From Squalus acanthias (taxonomy: Eukaryota), in contig CM059432.1 of the NCBI GenBank assembly GCA_030390025.1, positions 126,668,001 to 126,732,000 of the forward strand: a stretch of DNA of 64,000 bases, read 5' to 3'. How positions within the stretch are numbered: position 1 is the first letter of the stretch; each line of letters begins with the position of its first letter. A program made the position numbers and the translations under genes. This document shows positions 1 to 11,198 of this stretch, in pieces. The notes below the pieces were generated by a model. The model had not been told where the DNA came from and ran no database searches. It saw nothing but the letters and a program-made list of their open reading frames with translations.

Positions 1-400
1 CAAACCAGTGTTTTATAAAGGTTCATCGTGACTTCCTTGCTTTTGTACTCTGTGCCTCTATTTATGCTTTTTTAAACCACTTTCTCAACCTGCCCTGTCA
101 CCTTGAACAATTTGTGCACATATACCCCCAGGTCTCTCTGTTCATGCACCCCCCCCCCTTCAGAATTGTACCCTTTAGTTTATATTGCCTCTCTTCGTTC
201 TTTCTACCAAAATGAATCACTTCGCACTTTTCTGTTACATTTCATCTGCCACGTGTCCGTCCATTGCACCACCATTATTTGATATCATCTGCAAATTTTG
301 ACATGATATCTCCAATTCCCAAGTCCAAATCATTGATGTGCATGGTAAACAACAGTGGTCCCAGCACGGATCCTGCAGGACACTACTTCCCACTTTCTGC
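1..400 (-). mobile_element. Degraded CR1-type LINE RT fragment
   Basis: Minus strand resembles the CR1 RT segments elsewhere in the window (e.g. ORF 235..426 'SSVLQDPCWDHCC' is a frameshifted GVPQGSVLGP region; AAGTGCGAAGTGATTCATTTTGGT = KCEVIHFG). Boundaries approximate. Confidence 0.65.
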
Positions 401-1586
401 TTGTCCAAAAGAAAAGCTTTGCTCAAATCTTGCCCTCCGTTTTGTAGCCATCTTTCAATCCATTCTGCTCCCCGGCTTCAACGGTGAACTGGTCATTCAT
501 TTTAACCCCATTCAGATTTTTTATGTTATATTATATAAACCAGACTGGCATTTGTGTTATTTAATTTTTACTGAACAATAAAACTGCCATAATACGTGCT
601 GCTGCCAGGCAATGTTCCCCCAAGGATCGATCGCGAGGTCCAGCACAGGCCGCTTACCAGCTGCAGCCACTGGTAAGATGCCACGCAGCAAATTTAAAGG
701 GCCCGCACACGAAAATAAAGTGAGGGAACATTACTGCCAGGTTCTCTTTTTAATCCGGTCTGCCGATCACAAATGGTGCTTCTCTGATCTGCAGGCTTGT
801 CATAAAAATGTGCTACGTACTTTCAAAAAATATTATTTCAATGAAGCCAGCTGCAAGCTGAAGTCTGACCAACCACAAGTCAGAACTTTTGCTGGGAGCC
901 TGTAAATATAAGTAGGTCAAACTAGATGGACAGTACAGCAAATTAATTTGACTGGCTTTACTAAAACAAAATACATTTTGTTGTACTGTAATTAATCATA
1001 GAATAGTATCTTACAGCACAGAAGGAGGCCATTCAGTCCATCGTGCCTGTGCTGGCTCTGTGAAAGAGCTCTCCAATTTAGTCCCACTTATGTAAACGCA
1101 AGTAACGCTGGACACATTAAAAACAGAACAAATCTGCATTTCATTCGCGGGTATGGTTATTTAGGAGACAACTAATGTATTCTAATACGATAGCAAAATA
1201 CTGCGGATGCTGGAAATCCGAAATAACAACAGAAAACGCTGGAAAAACTCAGCAGGCCAGGCAACATCCGTGGAGAGAGAAAGAGAGTTAACGTTTCAGG
1301 TCGAAACCCTTCGTAGGAACTGAGAGAGCAAGAAATAAACAGATAAAAATGCAAGGGGGAGGCTGGGGGGAGGAATAAAAGAACAAAAGGGATGGTCTTT
1401 AGTGAGTAGAGACATTCAGAGATGCTCAAGGCAAGACGAGATGGTAATGGGACAGGTTGAGAAACAAAAGGTAAGGTGTGAAATGCTGGCAGAATCAGAG
1501 ACAGCTGCCGTGGGGGGAGAGAGAGAGAAAAAAGGAAAAAGGCACGGACCAAAAGAGTGGATAAAATGTATACATATGTGGTAGGG

Positions 1587-3885
1587 TTATGATCTGAAAT
1601 TGTTGAACTCGATATTGAGTCCGGAAGGCTGTAAAGTGCCTAAACGGAAGATGAGGTGCTGTTCCTGGAGCTTACGCTGCGCTTCCGTGGAACAATGCAA
1701 GAGGCCGAGGACGGTGAGGTCTGAGTGAGCGTGGAGGGGTGAATTAAAATGACAAGCGACCGGAAGCTCGGGGTCACCCTTCCGGACTGAACGGAGGTGT
1801 TCCGCAAAGCGGTCACCCAATCTGCGTTTGGTCTCCCCAATGTAGAGGAGACCACATCGTGAGCAGCGAATACAGTATACTAGATTGCAAGAAGTACAAG
1901 TAAATCGCTGTTTCACCTGGAAGGGGTGTTTGGGGCCCTGGAGAGTGGGAAGGGGGGATGTATAAGGGCAGGTGTTGCATCTCCTGCGCTTGCACGGGAA
2001 GGTGCCGGGTGAAGGGGAAGGGGTGCTGGGGGTGATAGAGGAGTGGACTAGGGTGTCTCGGAGGGAACGGTCCCTACGGAATGCTGAAAGGGGAGGTGAG
2101 GGGAAGATACGATTGGTGGTGGGATCACGTTGGAGGTGGCGGAAATGGCGGAGGATGATCCGTTGAATGTGGAGGCTGGTGGGGTGAAAGGTGAGGACAA
2201 GGGGAACTCTATCGTGGTTCCGGGAGGGAGGGGCCGGGGTGAGGGCAGAAGTGCGGGAGATGGAACGGACACGGTCGAGGGCCGTGTCGACCACGGTAGA
2301 GGGGAATCCTCGGTTGAGGAAAAAGGAAGACATGTCGGAAGCACTGGTATGGAAGGTGGCATCGTCGGAGCAGATGCGGCGGAGACGGAGAAACTGGGAG
2401 AAGGGAATAGAGTCCTTACAGGAGGCGGGGTGGGAGGAAGTGTAGTCCAGGTAGCTGTGGGAGTCAGTGGGCTTGTAGTAAATGTTGGTCAATAACCTAT
2501 CCCCAGAGATGGAGACGGAGAAGTCGAGGAAGGGGAGGGAAGAGTCGGAGATGGACCATGTGAAGGTGAGGGAAGGGTGGAAATTGGAGGCAAAGTGAAT
2601 GAAATTGTCTAGTTCAGGGCGAGAGCAGGAAACGGCACCGATACAGTCGTCAATGTACCGGAAAAAGAGGTGAGGGAGGGGACCCGAGTAGGACTGGAAC
2701 AAAGAGTGTTCCACATATCCCACGAAAAGGCAGGCATAGCTAGGACCCATGCGGGTACCCATAGCAACACCTTTGATTTGGAGGAAATGAGTGGAGTCAA
2801 AGGAGAAGTTGTTCAATGTGAGAACAAGTTCAGCCAGGCGGAGGAGGGTGGCGGTGGATGGGGACTGGTTGGGCCTCTGTTCAAGGAAGAAGCGGAGCGC
2901 CCTCAGGCCATCCTGGTGGGGGATGGAGGTGTAGAGGGATTGTACATCCATGGTGAAAAGGAGGCGGTTGGGGCCAGGAAACTGGAAACTGTTAAAGTGG
3001 CGGAGGGCGTCAGAGGAATCGCGGATGTAGGTGGGAAGGGACTGGACAAGGGGAGACAAAATAGAATCGAGATAGGAAGAGATAAGTTCCGTGGGGCAAG
3101 AGCAGGCTGAAACGATGGGTCTACCAGGGCAGTCCTGTTTGTGGATCTTGGGAAGGAGGTAGAAGCGGGCTGTGCGGGGTTGGGGAACTATGAGGTTGGC
3201 GGCCGCGGGGGGAAGATCTCCAGAGGAGATGAGGTCAGTGACAGTCTTGGACACAGTGGCTTGATGTTCTGTAGTGGGGTCATGGTCCAGGTGGAGGTAG
3301 GAGGAGGTGTCGGAGAGTTGGCGTTCAACTTCCGCTAGGTAGAGGTCGGTTCGCCAAACAACAACAGCACCACCCTTGTCAGCAGGTTTAATGACAATGT
3401 CGGGGTTGGATCTGAGAGAATGGAGTGCTGCAAGTTCAGAGGGAGGTAGGTTGGAGTGAGAGAGGGGAGCAGAGAAATTGAGCTGGCCGATGTCACGGCG
3501 GCAGTTAGCAATGAAAAGATCTAGAGAGGGTAAGAGGCCAGAGGGAGGGGTCCAGGTGGAACGAGAATTCTGAAAGCGGGAGAAAGGGTCAGCCGTGCGG
3601 GGGGAAGACTCCTGGCCAGAGAAGTGGGCACAGAGACGGAGGCGGCGGAAAAAGAGCTCAGCATCGTGCCGAGCTCGAAATTAATTGAGATGGGGGCGTA
3701 AGGGGATGAAGCTCAGGCCTTTGCTGAGGACTGATCGTTCGGAGTCAGAGAGGGGAAGGTCAGAGGGGATAGTGAAAACGCGGCAGGGGGTGAGATTGGG
3801 AGAAGGGGGGTCAGAGGAAAGTGAAGGGGAAGAAGGTTCCGGAGGGGCGTTAGTGTCCAAGAGTTGTTGAAGCTTGCGATCCTTG
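1587..3885 (-). pseudogene. PLE reverse transcriptase / GIY-YIG endonuclease ORF with one premature stop
   Basis: Motifs PADKGG, LPKIHK..PGRPIVS, MDVQSLYT, GVAMGT, RYIDD, LPFLD, NLVYCIRC..CGLLYIGET, CxxC/H zinc ligands and the GLN end. ORFs 3681..3965 and 1587..3254 are in one frame, broken only by TAA at 3681-3683. Confidence 0.93.
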
Positions 3886-4121
3886 ACTCTTTTGGTCCGT
3901 GCCTTTTTCCTTTTTTTCTCTCTCTCCCCCCACGGCAGCTGTCTCTGATTCTGCCAGCATTTCACACCTTACCTTTTGTTTCTCAACCTGTCCCATTACC
4001 ATCTCGTCTTGCCTTGAGCATCTCTCAATGTCTCTACTCACTAAAGACCATCCCTTTTGTTCTTTTATTCCTCCCCCCAGCCTCCCCCTTGCATTTTTAT
4101 CTGTTTATTTCTTGCTCTCTC

Positions 4122-4157
4122 AGTTCCTACGAAGGGTTTCGACCTGAAACGTTAACT
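4122..4157 (+). ncRNA. PLE minimal hammerhead ribozyme motif, core mutated (CCUACGA for CUGACGA); identical inverted copy at 1286-1321 (-)
   Basis: AGTT-CCTACGA-AGGGTTTCGACCT-GAAACGTT-AACT; same layout as the intact copies at 34828 and 10817. Confidence 0.7.
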
Positions 4158-4339
4158 CTCTTTCTCTCTCCACGGATGTTGCCTGGCCTGCTGAGTTTTT
4201 CCAGCGTTTTCTGTTGTTATTTATAATGTATTCTAAACCATCTTTATTTCACTCATAAAAAGGGATGACACCATGTGAACCGTTGGATCTCTATTTATTT
4301 TGCGCCAAATTCACGTTAGTGGATGGATGGATGGATGGC

Positions 4340-4545
4340 AGCCAATCGTTTGAAGGGGGGGGGGAGCTGCACCTGCTCGGTTATCCGGTAATATTCTATG
4401 CAACGTCATTTCAGTGATCACGTCACTGCTGGCAATTTCTGCACAGGAACGACGCAGACGCAAATGCCAGAATCAGGCGGAGAACACCGACAGCCAATCC
4501 TATTTGACTACAGCTTCATTAGCAGCTGGCCATTGGCCAATGTTG
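4340..4545. promoter_or_regulatory. CCAAT-box cluster, candidate enhancer or alternative promoter
   Basis: AGCCAATC twice (~4340, ~4492), palindromic CATTGGCCAATG (4531-4542), half-CRE CGTCA sites and locally raised CpG in apparently non-repeat DNA. Confidence 0.35.
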
Positions 4546-5859
4546 TTTGCTTCGTGGGGCCAAGCGACATGTGCACAAATATTTTCCCAGCCTCATAACT
4601 GGTCAAATTGCGATTATTGTATAACAACAACATGCAGTGACCAGTAGCCAAATATCAGAAAGAACCATATAATACACCTCTATCAGTGACATGGAATCTG
4701 CAACATGCACTTTTACACTAGAACAGCTTTTAATACTCAATTATGTTACACAGCCACCACTGGCAGGGAATAAAGAACTCAAAGTTCCCACATAAAACCA
4801 GAGTGGTAGAAATGTCACAGCAAGGCAATCAGGAGCTAAAGAGGAAAAAGCAGGTTAATGATTCTCATGGGACCCTGCATCAGAACTTATTGACTGCAAT
4901 GAGCTTTGTACATGTAATACACTTTAAACCTTAAACCATAAACCCCCATTAGCTGCCGCTTTGTAAAAATGCGGTTTCTGATGAGGGGGTCCCCATGAAT
5001 GGTTTATCAAGCTACCACTGACTGACTCCTGTGTATTTCCAGCATTTCTGTTTTCATTTCAGATTTCCAGCAATCAGTTCCTCTTTATAGTTCCCAGATC
5101 GTTAACAGGGAAATTTTTCTACTAAATACACACAGATAATAGAAAAATGAAATCACATTGTGTGTATAAAGAGCAGGCCAGGCAGTGACAGTACATATTA
5201 ATGAAACACTTGCTTAAAAGGGAACTGATTCACTCTCCATGCATTCCAGTGTGTGCTGGGAAGCATTGGTTAGACAATACTGTCCTGTATATGGCATACA
5301 GCTGAAGGGAGGCATCGGAGAGAACTACTGTTGCACGGAAAACGAGTGTGCGCTAGGTGTAACAACATTTGTAAACCAATTTATAAAAATTACGATTTTG
5401 TAATAACACACATGAAATATCCCTCTTTGAAAAATGTGATACAGTAACACATTCTTGGGTGTAGATTGGCCTGTACAAACCGCTCAACTTGGTTTGTTTT
5501 AATTAGAACCTATATGGACTCCTTAAATTGGCTGGTGGACATCAAAAGAGGCAGGAGAGAGGAAAACCGCCCTGATATTGGCGAACACCTCATGCACACA
5601 ACATTACAGAAGCTGCAGAAATAACCAGTCCTTTTCCGTCAAGTTCAGGCACAGAAACTCATCACAGTTTGCGGATTTGAATCCCGAGTTGTCCCCTCTT
5701 GCAGACTCTCCTCTCTCAATAACTGCCTGCTGAGAATGACCAAAGATATCCCCCAATATATAAAAAGAGTTAATGGGCACGGGCAAAAGATGAATCTGGG
5801 GGGGGGGGGGGGGTTGCTGAATCTGGAATTGCCAGAGCCGGCCGACTGCACAATAAAAG

Positions 5860-6330
5860 ATACATAGGTACAAAGCAGCCCCCTCCTCCCCATGGATGTG
5901 CATTGCCAACGAGGGAGGGAGGGAGATGCTGCTGGTGGCCGCGGCCGCTGCCTGCCTGTCTGCCGGCTGCACCGCTCCGAGCTGCCGCTGTGGATCTGGG
6001 CAGCATCCGCTCTGATTTGCTGCAGCCAGTCCCATTCACAAACGGCAAGACCCAGAGAGAGAGAGAGAGAGCGCGCAGTGCAACCCCCCGCCCGCTCCAT
6101 TCAACACACCCACCTCAAAAATCAAACTCACCCAAACCAGACAGCAGTCTGCAGAGCCGGCTCAAGGCAAGGGGGGCAAGTGGCACAGCGCTGCTGGACG
6201 TCGATTCTCTTTAATGCTGCCTCTCCCAGCACAGACCTAAAGCCCTTTTTCTCTCCCCACGATGGATCCCGCTCAATAAAATAGCGAAAGACCAACTGAC
6301 GTCACCCTATTCCCACATGTGTGGCCAATG
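5860..6330 (-). promoter_or_regulatory. CpG-rich promoter / non-coding first exon, candidate NCALD 5' end (by synteny only)
   Basis: GC/CpG-rich stretch with a GC box (CCCGCCC ~6087), (GA)n, full CRE TGACGTCA 6297-6304 and CCAAT 6325-6329. The human order NCALD-RRM2B-UBR5 (all on one strand) predicts NCALD here. No coding exon seen. Confidence 0.5.
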
Positions 6331-6949
6331 GAGAAGCAACTGGAGAGATGAGAAAATATCTGTCAACACAGGAGTGTAAAACATTACAAATCCAGAGCCA
6401 GCCCCTGGATCCACACAGCTCCAACATCAGGCACACATTTCCCAGTAACACAAAGGTAAAGGTAGCAGGAATGGCTGGAGATGCTGCAGCACAGTTCCCA
6501 GTGAGAAGAGCAAGGCTTGAACTGTAAAGTTATTAATGTGTGCAGGGTGAGTTATTGTGCTGGGGGAGTTGACACTTGGAAAATAGGAACCTTAGGGACA
6601 GAGAAATTCCTGCAGTCGCGACATTTGTCCCCTGCACAGATTGTGCTTTAATGTGGAGGGATTTGTTTAGTAATACATTAAGGAAATGTGCCACACTGCA
6701 CCCAGAACTTCCTCCAACACTGACCAACGGTTACTCACAGTCTTGGGGTAAGTCATCTTTCACCTGTTTATGCCTTGCTAAAGGCCAATTGTGCAAAATT
6801 CCATAGCTTTGGACTTCCTACAGGTATAACTCATGCTAAAAATAAGCCTGGCCCGACAGCAGCAGCAGAGGGAGTTGGCAGAGTAACACCGAGGGATACA
6901 ACAGGCTGCGAGGTAGTAGGGGTGCTGCATTGGCAGACATGGGAGCAGG

Positions 6950-8800
6950 AGAGGGATAGCAGCGCTGGCCCTGGAAATGTAAATGAAGAGAGCGTGACAT
7001 GCACGCCGACTTAACGTCACCTCAGCAAACTTCGACCTTAGCGCTGAATTCAGCGCTGGTTCCTAAGCTCGCCATGAAAACCGAGCGCTCAGCAGACTGA
7101 CAGACGGTCAGCATCTCTTAAAGAGACACACACATCTTTCAGGTAAGTTTGCAATTAAGCTTTTGGACTGGGTTTTTCTGATTTTATTGAAGTAGTGACT
7201 TGGTGCAATAGATGTTAAAAGTTTTTTAAGTGTGCAAGGAGTGCTGCTGGATGCTTGCAAAACCTCAGATGGTAAAGGAAGGCCTCTGAGAAGACAGAAA
7301 ATGCTGGAAATACTCAGCAGGTCAGGCAGCATTCGTGGAGAGAGAACCAGAGTTCACGTTTCAGGTCGAGATGCTGCCTGACCTGCTGAGTAGTTCCAGC
7401 ACTTTATGCTTTTATTTCAGATTTACAGCATCCACTCGCAGAGGGAAGAGGAAGATGCAGAAGAGGAAGACACAGAAGAGGAGGAAGCAGAAGGAAGGAT
7501 GCAACCGAGACAGTCCCTTTCTGGCCGGGATATCCGGGATGGAATCATCCACCTGCGGTACCAGTGACCACAACCCCAATTCCCCTTTCAACATTTCTCC
7601 CACACCTTACCTTCCCTCTGTTACTGACCATCACAACATCCTCTTGGCCACAATGCTGAAATAAAAGCCACCACAAAGCAAACTTTCCAATCTAACTTTA
7701 TACATCTATCCATCCAATATAACATCAGGAAATCAACTCATCACCCTTATGCATTCCCTTAGTGCCTGTCTTGTGTGTGCCTTTGCCTATCCTACTGATG
7801 TCATGCAGTGCTACCCCAGTGGCTGTAGCATGGCTGGTGGAAGGATGCTGACTTTCAGTGGGGACACTGCAAATGGCCTTGCTGGTGGAGCTTGAGGAGC
7901 TGGTGGCTGGGAGTGTAAAATCAAGTGACGGGGTTTCTTCTTCTTCTTCACTCTCCTCTCCCTCTTCCTGGTCAACCACTGGCTGGGCAGGCTGCATTTC
8001 TTGGGTGTGTGAAATGAGGAAGGCACAAGCGTGGAGTTGTGAGGGGAGGGCGGGAAAGCAAGAGGTGCATGTGAGAAGGAGGATAATGTATGAGGTTACC
8101 AGCATCTTGTATCCTTTCAGCCCTGCCGCTGGCCAAGGGCTCAGCCATGCCCCTGCCAAGAATGGCCTGCACTGTCTCCTCCAAGGGGGTGAGGTGAAGT
8201 TAGGGATGGGAGGCGTGCCTCGTGTTTGGTACAGATTGTTGGTAGGTGAGTGAAGGGGGGTTGGGGGAGTTCTGCATTGAGAAGTGTGTGAGGCTAGTGG
8301 TGCAGTTGGTAGGAGATGGATTTTGAAGATGCATTCACTGACCTTGACCACTCGTCTGAGGTCATGAAGCTTCTTTGGGCACTGGAACCAGGTGGTGGGG
8401 GTGACATTGCTGACAGTGACGGCCTCAGTGATGTGGTCCCACATCGTTCTTTCTGGAGGACCTCCTGGCCCCTGTGGATTAGAGGACCTCTCTTGCAGTG
8501 TTGACCCCCTGCACAAAGCTGGAGTGCTGCGTGCAGGACCCTGCGTGCCCCTTCCCTGGCTTGCTGAGCCATTTGTGTTAGTGCTGAAGCACTTTTCCCT
8601 TCTTTTAGGTGCAGAAGAGAATTCAGCTTTAAGAGCTGAAGACTCCCATTTGGGAATTCTTTTTATTGTTAATATTTTTTCAGAAGGCAGTTGAGCTGTA
8701 AGGGCTAAAAACTGTGCATTTTTGCATCACTTAAATTTTTTTCATTTCAGAAGGCATTGCCCCTTTAAGAAACCAACAATGCTTTTTGAAATCACAGCCT
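6950..8800 (+). mobile_element. Non-autonomous Harbinger/PIF derivative: transposase core replaced by PLE hairpin; acidic transposase tail; convergent Myb/SANT remnant
   Basis: Acidic C-terminus and RDGIIHLRY* (~7440-7567) like the HARBI1-type ORF end at 32905; AATAAA ~7660; Myb gene on the minus strand; homologous inverted copy at 19494-20450. Ends approximate. Confidence 0.75.
7725..8572 (-). pseudogene. Harbinger Myb/SANT-like DNA-binding protein remnant
   Basis: MAQQARE... start, then frameshift into MWDHITEAV...TWFQCPKKLHDLRRVVK followed by a GT donor, matching the W..IAEEV...QCRKRFNDL motif at 36.3-36.5 kb. Confidence 0.75.
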
Positions 8801-10509
8801 CGCTTTCAGAGAGGCTGGTGAGTCACCTCATTGTCGTTTGTGGGATCTTGCTCTGCGCACCGCGACTGCCATATTTGCCTACATTACACCAGTCATTGCA
8901 CTTTAAAGTAAGTCATTGTATGTGGAGCACTTTGTGATATTTCTGAGATGTGAGATCAGGTGATGTATAAATCTAGGTCTTTCTTCATCTTCCCAAATAT
9001 ATCAGCACTGATGAGAGAACACCATGGATGGCAGGTCAGCATGAATTGAAGGCAACTTGGAAGATATGTCAAGAAGACTAACGTGAAGGAATATCTTTAG
9101 GTGAGGCAACACTCCTATTGATGAAGTAATAGGAATGGACAGAAAATATTACCTAATTATTCCAGGTTTATAAGCTAATTATGGGTGAACTGGTAGAAGA
9201 TGCAGACTTACGTGAGTTCTAGCTGAACTATTTTATTTTTATTGAAATGCCACTCTGTCATCATTTTACAGGAAACCCCAGGGTTGACGATAGGCACACA
9301 GTTCTGGAATGCCCTTGGCTCATGATTGATTAGTGTACTGCTATACAGATTGTATTAGTCTTTTGGTTCTCTTTCACAGGGAAACCCCTGATCGGTATGG
9401 TCCATTAGACATCCCCGGGGAATGCTGATTAAGGAACATAAGAACATAAGAACATAAGAAATAGGAGCAGGAGTAGGCCATTCGGCCCTTCGAGCCTGCT
9501 CGAAGATCCACTTGCCTTCTGTTTTCGGTGAATCCTGGACATACAATTGTTGATAAAGCTATAGTAATGATGTCACCATTCTCTTATAAGAATGTCATTG
9601 TACAGAAAAGAATCAGCAAAGTCAGTGTCTATATAGACAGCAGAAAACCAGAATAGAATCCAGATAAACAGGAACGGTAGAGCATATTTTCCGATCACCG
9701 CTGTTTGGGTACAAACACTTCACATGCTTATGCCAAATTCTTGTCTGTGCTACTGTAATGCAGGCACTAACTATTTTAAAACCTCTGTTAAAATAGTACA
9801 GACAGGAATTTGATACAAGCACGTTAAGCGTTCGTATTAAAACAGCACTGATCAAAAAATATACCCTAGTGTATATTAAAAATAATAAACCTAATAGTGA
9901 CTGCTGGCAATATTAACGGACAACTGCTTAACGTGTTGATGTAACATTCCTCTATCCTCGATCAGACCATTTCTCAATTGGATCATTCCCAGGCATCTGG
10001 TATTCTATATAATACAATCAATCCCACCATTGGTACCAGGACATCCAAGTTACTGGTGTTGTTATTATCAAACTACCAAGTCAGGACAGAGCTCACTCAT
10101 TAACTGCTGGAACTTGCATAGTACTGAGGTAATGTTCGAGCCACTTGATGCCATTCCATAACATGGCTTCTTCTGGGAGAATCAGCCACTTGTAAACTCA
10201 GATGAATAAATAAAACTTCTGTAGCATTAAATGTATTAATCGCCCATCACATCCACAGAAGGCTAGTAAAATTAACTAGACTCAGCCTCTTGGTATAAGA
10301 AGGGGAAATCAGTCAGGGTTTCCACTCCTGATCACCCCTGCTGAAAAGTGCCTGTTAGGTGAGAACAGTATCAGGTTCAGTTGTGATATCCCACCAGCAC
10401 CCATTGTCTAGGCTCACAGATGGAAGAATGGTCACTTGAGTGAGGCAATGAAAAGCGACAGATACTTATGGAATTGCGTCCCAACATAGGCTTATTTTTT
10501 TAATTTATT

Positions 10510-10752
10510 CTTTAGGAAGGATGTGAAGGCTTTGGAGAGGGTACAGAAGAGATTTACTAGAATGGTTCCAGCGATGAGGGAATACAGTTACGTGGATAGA
10601 CTGGCGAAGTTGAGGTTGTTCTCCTTAGAGCAGAGAAGGCCAAGAGGAGATTTGATAGAGGCGTTTAAAATCATGAAGAGTTTAGATAGAGTAAATAAAG
10701 AGAAACTGTTTCCAATGGCTGAAAGGTTGATAATGAGAGGACACAGATTTAA
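10510..10752 (+). mobile_element. CR1 LINE 3' ORF2 fragment (a matching 3' tail lies at ~11505-11570)
   Basis: ALERVQKRFTRMVP...LFSLEQRR.RGDLIE; ATTCTATGATTCTAT tail; opposite-strand endonuclease fragment IIMGDFNYPN at ~11370-11402. Confidence 0.85.
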
Positions 10753-11198
10753 AATAAAAACAGAAAATGCTGGAAATACTCAGCAGGTCAGGCAGCATCT
10801 GTGGAGAGAGAAACAGAGTTAACGTTTCAGGTCGATGACCCTTCGTCAGAACTGGAAAAAATTGGAGATGGAACAGGTTTTTAAACAAGTGTAGGGGCAG
10901 GGAAAGGGGGGAAGGGAGGAAAGAACAAAAGGGAAGGTCTGTGATAGGATGGAAGGCAGGAGAGATTATGAGACAAAAGGGATGATGGTGCAAGGCAAAA
11001 GGAGATGGTAATGGGACAAGTTAAGAAACAAAAGATGACTCTAGATGAAGTGTAAATGGCAATGGCAGAATGATCGACAGCTGCCATGTGAGAGAAAAAT
11101 AATTTTAAAAAAAAAATGCAAAGAAAAGATAGGGGCAGGGGTTATAGTCTGAAATTGTTGAACTCGATGTTGAGTCCAAAGGCTGTAAAGTGCCTAAT
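10753..11198 (-). mobile_element. PLE 3' fragment (ORF end plus terminal repeat)
   Basis: Contains the reverse complement of the ORF end (LGTLQP..LNIEFNNFR) and the conserved terminus shared with 1186-1330. Confidence 0.9.
10817..10853 (-). ncRNA. Minimal hammerhead ribozyme motif (intact core)
   Basis: Minus strand AGTT-CTGACGA-AGGGTCATCGACCT-GAAACGTT-AACT. Confidence 0.8.

Larger units (their letters stand above)
1186..4223 (-). mobile_element. Penelope-like retroelement (PLE), 5'-truncated, with inverted terminal copy of its 3' end
   Basis: RT plus C-terminal GIY-YIG ORF; 1221-1557 is a near-identical inverted repeat of 3886-4222; 13-bp direct repeat TAATGTATTCTAA at 1173-1185 and 4224-4236 (TSD). 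Confidence 0.95.

Noticed and set aside
1972..3338. Antisense and alternative-frame ORFs over the PLE (also 33643-34498)
   Set aside because: Shadow ORFs of the C-rich RT coding strand.
5604..6284. Overlapping 90-150 aa ORFs on both strands
   Set aside because: No recognisable domain; expected in GC-rich promoter DNA with simple repeats.
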